Origin: Geosiphon pyriformis uo1
Lineage: Eukaryota; Fungi; Glomeromycota
NCBI GenBank assembly: GCA_016748015.1
Contig: JAAOMT010000302.1
Span: forward strand, 1 to 64,000
Reading direction: 5' to 3'
DNA: 64,000 bases
Within the stretch, counting starts at the first letter, position 1; every line of letters begins with the position of its first letter. The notes beneath the pieces were generated by a model. That model saw nothing but the letters and a program-made list of their open reading frames with translations. It did not search any database and was not told where the DNA came from. Position numbers and translations under genes: made by a program. Below, one piece after another: positions 48,700 to 62,431 of this stretch.

Positions 48700-51600
48700 T
48701 CAAAAATAGAGTATTAAAATATGTTATTTCATAGAACTACAAATATGTATATATACAGTAGTTTTAATATTGAGAAAAAGGCACCTTGAATGAAACTATC
48801 ATTCATTAGCAGAATTCATTGAAAGATTAAAAATAAATAAGTATTTATTGATTTAATTTAAATAATAATTCACATGTAGAAAATAGATGAATTAATTTTA
48901 TGATTTAACTTTTTAAAAATAGAAAAAATTTAGAAATTTGGTAAATTACATTTAGTTAAGACATAATAAATAAAATATTTTGTAAAAAATATTATATAAT
49001 TAAAATAAAATTTTAAAAAATAATAATTATGTATTAATAAAACTAACAAAAAAGCAAATTAAATGAAGAAATTTCAAAAATAAAATAAAATTAACAGTTA
49101 ATTCATTAATTATTTATTTATTTAGATTTTGAATTTAAATAAAAAAAAATAATAGCTCTTTAAAAAACAAAAACAAAAACTTGAAATAAATATAAAAGTC
49201 TACAACACAATTTTAATATTGACAATTTTATTTTGATTTTTTGTAAAATTATACAATTTATAATTAAAAAAATAAAAAATAAAATAAACAATCACAAAAT
49301 AAAAAAAATCATTTTTTTACAATACTGTTTTTTTAAATTAATTTGTATTTATATCTATTTTACATGACATTTATTTATTATTTAGTTTATTAATTAATTA
49401 TGTAACTTGACATAATATTATAATAATGTTGCCTCAGTATTATAATTATTTAATGAACTGGCAAAAAATTATGGTTGTGTTACTTTTGTATTTGAAATTT
49501 TATTGGTAATGTAAAGCTATTATTAATACTTGATGATTATACTTCTATGTTAATTATGTGATTCTTGTCAATTTGTTAATTATTGCTGATTTTGATTATA
49601 AAATAATAGTTTTAATTTATTTATTTTTTGCTTACACTAATTTATGATATAAAATTTTTTTTTAACAAGAATGTATATTTACTTATATAATAAATATAAA
49701 TTAAGTCGTTAATATTTAGATAATCAGATATTTTTTCTATAGTTTTATAAAGTTTTGTTTATATAACTAATAAAAAAACAAATAAACAAAGTTAATAATT
49801 TATTTAACAATCAAATTAATAATTAATTTAATGATTAATTTTAAAAATAAAATAGCTAAATATATAGTGTTATTAACTAATACATGATTAAAATAGTGAA
49901 AAATAAATGTTATATATAAAAAAAATGAATTATAATAGAACAAAATCTTTAATTTTAATTTAATAAAATGATAATTTTTAACAAAAGCTTAATAATAAAA
50001 AGTATTTAAAATTAAATTTTGACGAATATAATAATAATTTCATTAACCTTAAATAAAAAATTATTAATTTTAACAATAATTGTTTAAATATTTACTGATA
50101 AGTAATAATATTTTTATTTAATTTATAATCTTCGAAAAAGTGAAAAACTGTTTATAAATGGAGAGATTATATATATATTTTAACAAGACATTATGTAAAT
50201 AAAACTTTTAATCATGACATAATTGAATATAAATTGTTTTATTTATTTTATTAAAAATAATAATAATTCTATTAAGAAAAACTGATATTAAAAACAAAGT
50301 TATTTAAGTATTAGTTATCATGATTTGTTTTTTATTTTGTGTGTTGAGATTAATGAAAATAGAAATCATCAAGATAAAGATATTCAAAAAAATTTTATTA
50401 TAATCCAATTTATACATGTGAGATTTTAAGAATAGTTTAAACGCAGCTGGAGTCTAATATTTGTTTCAATTTTTATTGTATTTCTGAACTCGAAAATTCT
50501 GTGCTCAACATGAAATATGAGCTTATTCAAAGTTGTATTAACTCTCTTTATATTTCAATTTTTTCCATAAAAACTGGCTTATTAATATTATTAAAACAGT
50601 AAAATTAATTATAAGTATATTTATCAAATTTTTAAATAGTCATTGCTAAGCCAGATTGCCATATGAAGCATAAGATGTTTAATTCATAGGATTAATCAAA
50701 ACAATCAAAAAAGATTTTTTTTTTTTTTTAATAATCTCAATCTGACAAGGCCATTTTTTTTTTCAAAAAACGAAATAAACATAACAATTTTCAAATTTCC
50801 TATATTCAGTTTACTTTTGAGATGAAATAACCGATTGATCTGACATAAAAAGCAAGTCATTTCTCATTTGTAATATTATGTGCGATTAGTTTCCATAACA
50901 AAATGATAGCAGAAAATTATTCTTTATGAAAATCTAATAAAAATAAATCATATTATACCAATAGACTTTCCCTCATTAATTCTATCATTTAATAGGATTC
51001 AAAAGCATTTTTTTTCAAGTAAAGTTATCAATTAAAACTGATTAGTAATGTTGTGATTTACTCTTTATTTAACTTTGATGATAAAAGTTAGAGTCTTCTT
51101 TTTGAGATATTATATATAGAGTATTATGGAGAAAGTGAACAAAATTCATGTGAAAATCAGAAATTTATTTTAAACATTTGTAAACTTTTATTGATCTAAT
51201 ATCTTTAAGATTTAGCTTCTCATATTCGAAATATTGATTATCAAATTATTTTAAATAAAGGTCAAAATGTCAGTATTATAACATAATTTTATTGTATGGG
51301 AATATGTGCTTAAAATTAAGATAGTTCAAATATTTTCAGAAACCGAAATTCTTAGATTCATAGAAGTTTCGGCTTTTCTACAGAAAAGTGAAACTTTAAA
51401 ATAGAACCGAAAAAAGTATAATTATTAGAAAAATAAGAAAATTCTTTGAGAGAAGTTAAGATCTTATGGAAAGAACAATATATTATTTAGTAATAAATGA
51501 CCTAGACAGATAGTTATCGTTAGAAAAATAATTTACACTCATTAAAACATTTTCATCAATAATCAACGGCTCAACATATAAAATTGCTCGATAAGTCTTT

Positions 51601-51705
51601 TACCGTGATTGACAAAGTTTAGATGGGGATGTTTGTTCCTTGCATTTTATAATTTGGAAAATAATATCTAACTTTTAAGAAAACTGTATAAAAAAAATTA
51701 ATATA

Positions 51706-52049
51706 CAGGGTTACATCCTTTAAGTGTACAACCTATATATATTCTGTATGTGCAAATGATTCTGAGTTCCCAAGTATACTAAAATACTCTCTATAAATGA
51801 TGATTTTATAATAATGATCAATTAGAAGTTTCTGATTGTTTGTTAGATAATGATGATATATAGCATTAAATCTAGTTTAGATTGTTTTGATTAGCTTGGT
51901 GGCTGGTCAGGTGTAAAAAGTGCACAGTTTTACATTTACTGTGAAACAATATCTATTTTATTATTGGATATTCTTTAAATGGATACTTTCTCTAAAACGC
52001 ATTAATATAATAGTGATCCCAAGAGTGTGCACTTATAAAGTTACTACTG
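51706..52049. mobile_element. Tc1/mariner-type MITE
   Basis: TA-flanked imperfect TIRs: CAGGGTTACATCCTTTAAGTGTACA versus the reverse complement CAGTAGTAACTTTATAAGTGCACA. Second copy at ~33906-34195. Confidence 0.7.
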
Positions 52050-53536
52050 TAGTAAAAATTAATTTGATTATTTAACATTCAATATTTTCATAAATAAAGT
52101 TTAGCTGATATCGTTGAATTCCTGATCCGTCAATAAAAGATAGTAAGAATAATAAAATTCCTTGCAAGAACTCTATGTGACTCAGAGGTAATTAAGTCTG
52201 TAAAAGGGTTTCTGATATAATTTCTATATTTTTTTATGAAAATTTTCCTTTAAGATGAAAAAAGTTGATCGCTCTTTTAATCTTTGCCTAAATTTTTGAA
52301 TCAAGCCAAAAAATTTGTTAAAAAAAAGTTCACAAACCTTCTTCTTTTCTGAGATACCTACCTGCTATTTCTTTTGCAACCGGTAATAAGGGTAGTCATG
52401 ACCTAAAAGATTCGATTCGATTCCATTCTATTTGATTCGATTCATAATTCTTTCAATGACACAATTTAATTCAACATTTTTCATTTCAAAATAAATTGTG
52501 ATTTAATATTACTAGAAAATCTTTTTGACCATGTGAAAAATCTAGTTTGGAAATGAGGAAATTATTTTCGTTTCTTTTATTTTGTTTTTATTAATTTATT
52601 TGGAGATAATTATATCTTAGAAACTGTACAATTTTTTTATTTATAAATCTTTTATTTAAAATATTCAATTTTGACCTCCCTCAATCAATCAGACTAGAAT
52701 TTTTTTCGCTTCTTTTTTCGAAGGACATGGTTAGCTCATTTACTTTTCATTATATATCTCATCTTAAATTTTAGATTGAGGTTCTAGAAACTTATCTGTA
52801 TCGGGAATTCGGAATATAGTTGATTTCGATTTTTCATTGAGAAACCGCTTTTGCCTTGTAAAAGAAAATATTATAAGCTTAAATCTTTTTTTTTTGTTAT
52901 TTGATTATTATTATTATTTTCATAATAAAAACTTTGATATCTTTTATTTTAAAGAGTCAAAAATAAAATTAATTTAATTGTCTTCTTATGTGATTCAAAT
53001 GAACTTTTTTCTAATCTAAACTCAAAGAAGACTACTAAAAAATGTTCCACTATACCTGATGTCAAAATAATAAAGTAACTTTAAAAATTTCTATTATTTA
53101 ATTGTTCAGATTTTCAGATGTTGTATGTGCGACATTAAATTTCATTATAGCCAAAATATTTTCATTAGCTAATAGTAAATTATAATTAATTATAAATGAT
53201 TTCCATTTCTAATTTTTTTAATTAATAAAGCTGAAACAAAAAGGTTTATTAAACCTCCGTATCCCTCAAGGACATTTTTTAAAAATTTTAATTTTTTTAA
53301 AAATTTATACTGAAATAAAGTCTCTCTCAAAATTGAACATTCCCTCTTATCATTTTTGAGGTTTAATAATATTAATGAAAAAATTTTTTTTTCCAAAGAA
53401 TTTAATATTTTTCTTTACAAAAAATATTCTTTATTCAACTTTATAAAGTTTACCCATAAATTTTTCAAAATCAATATTAAAAATCTCCAGAAATTAATTA
53501 TCACTACGATTTTCAATCTTTATCAACCAATCGAAT

Positions 53537-53830
53537 ATGAATGTAAAACGAAATCAAGCATCTGTTTGTCTCAAGCAAAATCTGATTTCTCTTAATGGAA
53601 ACATCGCAAGAATTCAAGATATAGCAAATACATCAAATAACATTAACAGTATTAATTCAACATCAAACACAAGGGAGGAAACAACTTTCTCTATTTCCCG
53701 AGAAACTCCTTTGGCTAAAGATTCCAGAATAATTGTACCTCGTCAGGATGAATTTACTATAACTAATTTTTTTCGTACTCATCCATAAAAATGGCCCTGG
53801 TTTTCTTGAACATTCACAATTAATAGTTAA
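53537..53830 (+). pseudogene. Probable pseudogene fragment of a membrane protein
   Basis: An 83 aa polar ORF whose frame continues past stops as HP*KWPWFS*TFTI; the composition is less AT-rich than the flanks. Confidence 0.35.
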
Positions 53831-54639
53831 AATATAGATTTTTCCTTTCTTTAACCATCTCATAGACATTTGTAAAGTAGCCAAGGTATTTTACTTGGTT
53901 TAAACAATATATTCATTTTAACCTGCTAGGAATAGAATAAATGAATATATTATCTCTAATATCAACATTGTATTCTTTATAAAGTCAAAGTCATTATGTA
54001 CCTTTTTTTTATAAAGAAAATCCCAATATAATAGACTTTTTAAAAAAATTATAGCTTTTTATAAAGTAAACTTAAATACTATTTTAATAATAATAATAAT
54101 AATGAAATAAAAACATTTATGAAACCTTATTTTCAATTGATATTAATTTTTAAACTTGGAAAAAATTCAACTTATATTGATTATTATTCTTATTCTTATT
54201 ATTCTTATACCTATTTCTTTTTTGATTTGAATATTTTAATACAAAATATCATAATTTTTTTCTTTTTTTTTGAAATTGTATTATTATTAGCTTTAATAAA
54301 AAATTATTAAATAAACAATTAATATATTTGTTATTAAATTCTAAAAACATCAATTGGAACTTAAAATTATAGCAGCTATGTTATTTTTTAAAAATATTAC
54401 CAATTGTGATTTTATATTAATTGAATAATTTACTTTTTTTTTGTTTATAAAACTTTTTAATTATTTTTATTGTTATATAATTACAATTCCTTTGGTTATT
54501 TATTAGTGTATTACTTTGATTTGTAATAATAATAACAATAATATAAAAAAGATGATAAATTTTTTTTTGTTAATTTTTTAACTATTAAAAACTTAAAAGT
54601 TATTAAATTTTAAATTTTAAATTTTCTTTTACTTAAATT

Positions 54640-55900
54640 ATATGCTGTCTAAGTATTTTAATTCAATACTGTTTACCAAAAAGCTTTTTACAACAGTAAA
54701 AATGGTTTAAAAATGAGTTAACAGAGTATTTCTTTTACAAAATTTGATAATGTTGTAATTAAGTTCTTTAAAGTAAATAACACAATTGTTAGCATTAATG
54801 TTTTTTGAATTTCCATTTGAGTAATGAATGAGGTTTTCAAGAAGATTTTGCTTGATTTCTGTGATGTTATAATTTCCAAAGAGATAATTGTTAATTTGGT
54901 TTTTGATGTATTGAAAAAGTGTTTTCTTAAAGGCTGTGATTTCGTTTTGGATTTCAAATTGTTGTTTACAGTAAGTATAAATTGACTAATAGCACTTTAG
55001 AGTTGTTATGTCTAATGCAGTTACCACTTTGATTTAATTGTTGCTGTGTTATTTTTATGGGAGAGCACCAAATGTTATCAAAAGTTTTGGGTCTCTTTTT
55101 CTGAATGCTGTTAATGTTGTTTGCTATGAATTCTTAATTATTGGAAGCTAATAAACCTTTAATAACTGAATTTATCTTCAAATTATTTCCTATAATTTGA
55201 ACTGCTGAACTTATAAGTAGAATGGTTAATTCTGTGCCAGTTATTTGTATAGTTATTTTACAATGAAAGTCAACTTTTTTCCAAGAAATGCTTGTTTAAA
55301 AGCTCACTAAAATGTGTAATTACTTTGCTGTAAAAGTTAACTCTTTTACAAAAATTTTGTCTGTAGGCTATCTTAATAATTATAATAAACAAAAAAATAA
55401 AAATAAAAGAAATGTAAAAGAAAAGAAATTTCATTAAAAGAATTGTTTTCTGTTCAGGTCTCGAGTCACTAACAGATTATTAAAACTAATAGTTAATCAA
55501 TTTCAAAATGTTAGTTGGAATTTAGGGAATTTCAATTCGTAACTAATTAAAAATAAATTATGTTTTTGAAGTATTTAATGTTTTATTAATTTGTACTAAA
55601 AAACTTGTTCTAAGAAAGATAATTCTAAGGTAAGATTGTTATTTTGAGATAAGATACATTTTTTCAAAGTAAGAAGCTCTTTTTTTTATACAATTTGTTA
55701 TAGTACTAGTCTTTGAACTTGCACTTTTCTCTTTGCTATCATTTAAATAAACTAAAGATATATTTTAGTAAATTACAAATTGTTTCTATAAACTATGAAT
55801 TATTTCAGTGAACTATTGAATTAATTTAAAAATTCTACAAATTTCAGCAAATTTTCGAATGTTATAAAGTTCGGGGTATTGCATAATCTAATTATTGCAT
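54640..55900 (-). mobile_element. Decayed LTR-retroelement-like repeat
   Basis: A minus-strand frame reads LRKTLFQYIKNQINNYLFGNYNITEIKQNLLENLIHYS...YFKELNYNIIKFC, resembling a repetitive Glomeromycotina TE-associated protein (from recall, not searched). Confidence 0.45.
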
Positions 55901-57289
55901 TTGTGTTTGTACAAATCAAGTTATTAATTGAATAGTGATATTTGATAATTCAATTAACTAACAAGTAATAATTGAAATAATAATAATATATGCTATTTAA
56001 GAATAGAAATTATAAGGATAATTTCATGTTAATTATGGACTAAATTTTATTGGTAACAAAGTCTTCTCTAAACAAAGATAAAGAACTTATGTTTTTTTAA
56101 CTTAATATAGTTTGAATGTTTTAAAGGGTTAATAAAATATTTGTTCTACTTTGTGCCATAACTAAAGTAGATATTTGGGATAAAAAGCTCGAATTACTTA
56201 AAAAAAGTTCAAAAACAGGTGTTGTTTAATAGCTTTTTTCATTCTCAGTTTTTAAGAAAGTTTTAATTTGTTGATTTAAGATTTAAATTCAAGAAGAAAT
56301 TAACTAAAGATAACTGAGAATAATAATTAATTGATATAATTGTCTTGAGTTTCAAATCTTTATTAAAATATGTTTAATTAAAAAAATAAACAATTTATGT
56401 CAAGTAAGTTTTGACTGAAGTTCAATTAAAAACCAATTCCAGAAATCTTAGAATTCTCGACTAAATTGTTTTTAATTGAGAAACAAATAAGACAAAATGA
56501 AAAAAGTAAAGTTCAATATAGGCTAAATTATTTTAATTGTGTGCTATAAAGTAATTTTGTGTTTTTATTGCTAGAAAAGAATAATTATTTATACAATAAT
56601 AAATAATTTAAGAATTTAACACTTCACAGAAAGTATTATTTTTATGTTATGATTAAATTAACAAATAGCAAAAAGAATAATATTATATGACAATAAAAAT
56701 ATTAAAAAGATAATTCACTTTTAATAAGTGAATTAAATTAGTAAAAATTTAATATGCAAAATCAGTTTCATAAATATCTCAGTTATTATTCTTTTCAAAA
56801 GATAATAAGAGAATTTAAAAATATAAAAATGGTTTATATTGTCAATAAAGATAACATACTAATATAATTCTATGTTTTACATAAAAAAAAATAAAAAAAT
56901 TAATATTATTGTATTAATTGAGTATAATTTAAATTTAAATGCTCTTTTATAACTTTTGAAATGTTTTAATTATATATAATCAAAAAAAAAATTAATAATT
57001 ACATTAATAATTTAATTAATAATCAGATCAATAATTAAGTTAATAATTAAGTCAATAATTAAATCAATAATTAAGTTAATAATTAAATTAACAATTTATT
57101 TTAAAATAGACTGGTTAATTATGTGATATTAATGATTAATACATATAGTTAATTATAACTAAATAAATAGATAAAATTTAAAAAGTAAAAGTTTTATTTG
57201 TAATAATGTATTTAATAATTATTAATTAAATTAAAATTTGTTATAATATATTTAACACTATTATTGTGAATATTATCAAAAAACCTAAT

Positions 57290-59700
57290 AGATTTTATAT
57301 ATATCTTAATCCAAATCAAGCTATTTTTTAAATATAGCCAGTTAATTAAGTTATATGCTTTGTGTATATTCTATAAAACTAATTAGAGTTTACAATTTTT
57401 TTTAAAAATATTTTTTATAATAAAATCAATAACAAAAATAGAAAACTATATTATAACATAAAAATTGTTTTTGCAAAGAACATTAAAAGTATTAAAAACC
57501 AAAAAAATCTTATTAGAAAAATATCAGAAAAATTTTTTAGCCAATATTAATAAGAACTTTTTTTATTTGTAAAGTTTAGAAATTATTAAAATTTAAGCTT
57601 TCTTTTAAAACAACAAAACTGATTTATATATTAAACAAAAATTTAAAATATTTAAAAACATTCTTAAAACTAACTTATTATAATATATCCAAAACTTATT
57701 TGAAATTTTAGATAATTTTATAGCTTTTTTATTAAGCAAATTTTTAATTATACTTATTATTTTATCAAAAAAAATAATCTTTATAACTCCAAAAAATGTT
57801 TTATTATTTATATAGTTAAATAACAAATATTAACAATACTAATTATTTAAACAAAAAACAAAATCTTTTTTTTGTCTATTTTTTTATAATTTTATCTATT
57901 TTAAATTTAATTATCAAATAATTCAAATCTACTTTGTAAAATAAATATTCTAAAACATTTCTAATAATATGGTTTTTATTAATTTTAAAATTTTTTATCT
58001 TTTTACTAATAACAATTCTAATCTGCATTTTTTCAATTTATTAAGACTTTACAAGCTTAAAAATACAATAAAACTTTTTTATTTTTAATAAAACAGACCT
58101 TATAATATTAAAATCAATATTTAATTTAAAAAGTTTTGTAATATAAAAAGCATTATTAACATCTAAAAAGAGCTAAAAATCCAAAAAAATCAAGAATAGT
58201 ATTTAGTTTTAAATACAAAGTTTTTAATTTGTAAAATTAAAGTAAAAATTTGATAAAAACACTTTATTAGCCAAAAAACATATTACTTTTTAAATAATAT
58301 TCTATATTGTATTTATATCTAAAGACTTTATAATAACAAATTTATTAACATATATAGTAATAATAGCTAAAATAAAACTTTTAAATTAGTCTTATTTTAA
58401 TATATTAGTATTTTTAAAGTTAAATTATTAGTAATTTCTGTTGGTTTGTTTGTGAAAAAAAAATTAATTATATGTTTAAAAAACTATTTAAATCAACAAA
58501 AAAATATATAATATTGTAATTAATATTGAAAAAATTCTTTATATTTAAAACACTTTTATTAATTATTATATTAAAAGCAAATATGTATTAATATTTTTTT
58601 TAATATTTTTTAAGTTTTTTTATATACAAATTTTTATAGTTATACTTTTTATTAAAAATTTGATTAAATTTTAATTTAGATATTTTTTAAAACTAACAGA
58701 TTTTTTTAACTTATTTTTATTAAAGTCACTATTTAGAATTACAAAAAAAAATTTATTAAAAGCTTTAACAATTAATGTATTATATTTTTAGCTTAAATAA
58801 AACATATAGCCAAAATAATATTAGCATATAATCTTAAAATAAAAACTAAAAGATTTTTTTGAAAAGTAATCTTATTAATAAAAATCTATTATTTATTTTA
58901 ACAATTTTATATATATATTTTATTAGACAATTGTTTATTATTATAGTTATACTAAAATCAAAATAACCAGAATCTAGATAAAAAATATTAATCTTAATAT
59001 TATCAAACTTATTTATAATTCAGTAATAAATTTTGTTTTTTAGTTTTATTTTAATAATTATAAAAACCAAATTATATTCTGTTTTATAAGATTGTTTATT
59101 TCATATATATTACAAATAGTAATTTTCCAAATTAAACTACTTATTAAAAGAAAAAAAAAACTTAGAAACTAGTACTAAAACTAATAAATCTAACCTAATC
59201 AAAACAATATAAATTGAGCTTTTTAATATTAACATTTTTAATTCTAAACTACCAATCTTGACAGTAAAAATTTTATTGCCAATCATACTTAAAAAAATTA
59301 CTTGAAACATTTACAGAATAAAAAAAAAGAAATCAGAATTACTTATTAATATATTAATCTTAATATTTATAGGTATAATTATTTACATAATTAATAATTA
59401 GATAGTTAAAAATAGCTATATTACAATTGTATTCAATTTAACTGTAATTATTAAAATTTAATTAACCAAAAATTTTAGAGATTATTTAAGAATATTTAAC
59501 TGAATATTTAAAAACAAAACTAAAGAAAAAAAAAAGAAAAAAACTAAAAATTTAAAATTAGCTATATTCTAAAAAACTAACTTTGAAAAAGAAATAAAAA
59601 ATTTAATTGACAATTTATGTTCAAAATACTCTTTCAAAAAACATTAAATAAAAAATTAAGACTGTTTTTTTGATATAAATTTTTGTAAGTCTAAATTTAT
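57290..59700 (-). mobile_element. Second, extremely AT-shifted LINE relic of the same family as 42420-47490
   Basis: AAATATAGCCAGTTAATTAAG (~57330) mirrors ATATATGGCCAGTCACTTAGG (~42495); TTTTGCAAA and AGCCAATA anchors follow in the same order. Confidence 0.5.
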
Positions 59701-61597
59701 TAAATTTAAAAAAGTGAAAATTAGATCTGAATATAAGAATTAAGAAGACATTAATGAAACATATTAAAAAAACATGATCAAATTTTTTATATGCAGAACA
59801 AAATAATAAATCTAATCTAATCTATTTTAAAAATAAGTTTTTAAAAACTAAAATTTTATTTAAAGCTAATATTATATTGAGTTTGAAATTAAAACATATT
59901 ATAACATATTTCGTTTATATATATAATTGAGTAATAATTAATAACACAAAATTTTTTTATTAATTAATTCTATAAAGTTTTACAAATTATAAGTAGTAGT
60001 TTTTATTAGTAAAATATAAAACAAGACTTTATATATGTTTTTAGATTCTTATAATGCTTTGTTTATATTAATTCTTATTATTTTAACAATATTTTTTCTG
60101 ATTAACACAAATTATTTAAAAGTCAGCAGATTAATTTGTTCTTAATTATTAAATTTTATTAAAGTTTTTTGTCATAATTCAATTGATTATATCTTAATTA
60201 ATCTAATATCGCTAAATTTAAACAAAACAGTACATATAATTATTTTAAATGTTTTTATAAAAAATTTTTTAACAATTACAATTCAATTTGTATAATTGTT
60301 TATTGATTTTTTTAGATTATTGTTTATCTCAATTTTGCTTATTTTGGCTATATTGTCTTAGTTAGTATTAATAATTTATTAAATAGTAGTAATAAAATCT
60401 TTTTCAGTTTAATAATATTTTTAAAGCAAAAAAAGTTGGTACTAGTATGAATTATGATTTTTTTGAGGGTTTTTTAAATTTGATATAAAAAAATATTGAA
60501 CTTTTCCTCTTTTTTTATTCTTTTAAAATTAATGTAAATGTGTTTGTTAGAAAGTTTTTTGTATTAAATTGTTTTTATTATTATTGAACTTACTATTTAT
60601 ATCTAAATACACATCAAATCTATAAGAAGACTTAATCAAGAAAACATTTTTATTATTATTAAAATGTTTAATATTATTAATAAGAACTTTTTTTTTAAAA
60701 GAAAAAATTACTTACTGAACCATAAAAAATCTCTTTGAACACCTTTTTTTTTGACATATTACTACTTAAGACAGCTTTTAAGTCTATCACAAAAGGATTA
60801 TTAACTTAAAAAATAATAAATATATTAGACAGAATAAAAAACTTTTTTTTCGAAAATTTTAGTAATAAAAAAATTAATAATTTAATTAACTTAGTTAATA
60901 AAAGCAGTTTTATTACTAAATTAAATTTTATTATATTTATTTTTTAAAATTACAATATTTTAATATCAAAAAAATATATTATATAATTTTGTGTATAAAA
61001 TAAGAATTTTATAAATTAAAGCTTAAAATTTAAAAAATTTTTACAAAATAAATATACAATAATATTAGATAGTTATATAATTACAAAAATTATAAACAAA
61101 AAAAATTTAATTTTGGTATTTATATAACAAAAGTTTTACATATTATTTTCTATTAATTATATAAAAAAAATGTACAATATTGTTTTTTTAAACATAAAAA
61201 TTTGAAACTTGTAAAAATTTACATTAAATAAACTTTATAAAAAGTTTTGGTTTTTTTAACAGTTAAGTATTTTAATATCTTAAATTAAAAACAAAACCTT
61301 AATACAAACAATAATTTGTTTATAATACTACAAAAAAATTTGTGTTCAAGAATTGGTACAATAAAACAATTAGAATCTTTAATAATAAATTAGTAAGTAC
61401 TAAAATTGCAGATCTGATTGGAACTTTTATGGATAAAATTTGGATTCTCATGTAAAATTCAGAGTTGAATATGAAAAAAATGATTCAATTATAATGATGA
61501 TTATTTTGCACCATATAATTTATAGTATAACTGATTAATGTTGTCTTAACTAGCTTAGATGTAAATAGTTAAGCTTTTTCTATTATTTATTATTGTG

Positions 61598-62164
61598 TAG
61601 CTTTGAAAGAGTCGAGTTAACTCTCTCTGATTTGGGATCTGACTCGTAAGAATTATAAATATTCTGATACAAGTCAAAATCTCATGACTTGACTTGAATC
61701 GCCGAGTCTTATATATAAGTAGATCAAATCTCAATTTAACTTTTTTAACTTTGTTTTTGAAAATAATATGTTTGATAGTAATACTAAAATAGATACTATA
61801 GTTACTATAACTGAAAAAAAGAAGAGAGCATGACTTTGGAATTTTTATGAGGCACTTGACAATAAAAAAGCTAAATTTAGCTTTCACAAGTAAGTATTTT
61901 CAATTATAAGAATATGCTTTTATTAATTAATTATTATTTGTTTAGCCTATTTATTAATAGGTTTTTAATAGCCAAGATATAAAACGAAATGGGTCTAGTA
62001 CTACCTCATTAATGAGAATAAAATAAAATTTCTACGCGTAACAAATAACGAGTCGAGCGGGTCATAGGCTACTAAACTCGACTCGATTTCTTAAAAATGA
62101 AAATTTTCTGAGTCGAACCGAGTCAGGCCACGACTCGACCCGATTCGACTCGTTAGGAGCCCTA
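61598..62164. mobile_element. hAT-like non-autonomous element with GAGTCG/CGACTC subterminal repeats and a ~110 bp foldback
   Basis: The right end reads TAGGGCTCCTAACGAGTCGAATCGGGTCGAGTCG on the minus strand. TAACGAGTCGAGCGGGTC at 62046 is its inverted partner, and more GAGTC motifs lie at 61608-61710. Confidence 0.6.
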
Positions 62165-62431
62165 CACTGTTGCATGTGCGTCAATACCACTTTATTAAAG
62201 CATTAACAAAAGTTATTATGAAAATGAAATGACATATATTAATAATTGAGAAAGCTAAAAGGGTCACAATCATTATTGAATACATATACGCTTATTATAA
62301 AAAAAATACCCAAGTCCTATTCAAAATATAAAGAATAATATTCAAGGATAAAATCATAAGCTAATTTCAAAATGTTCTAATCGTGTGTTTCTAATTCTCA
62401 TTACATGACGTGTTTCGAATTACGGATAAAA

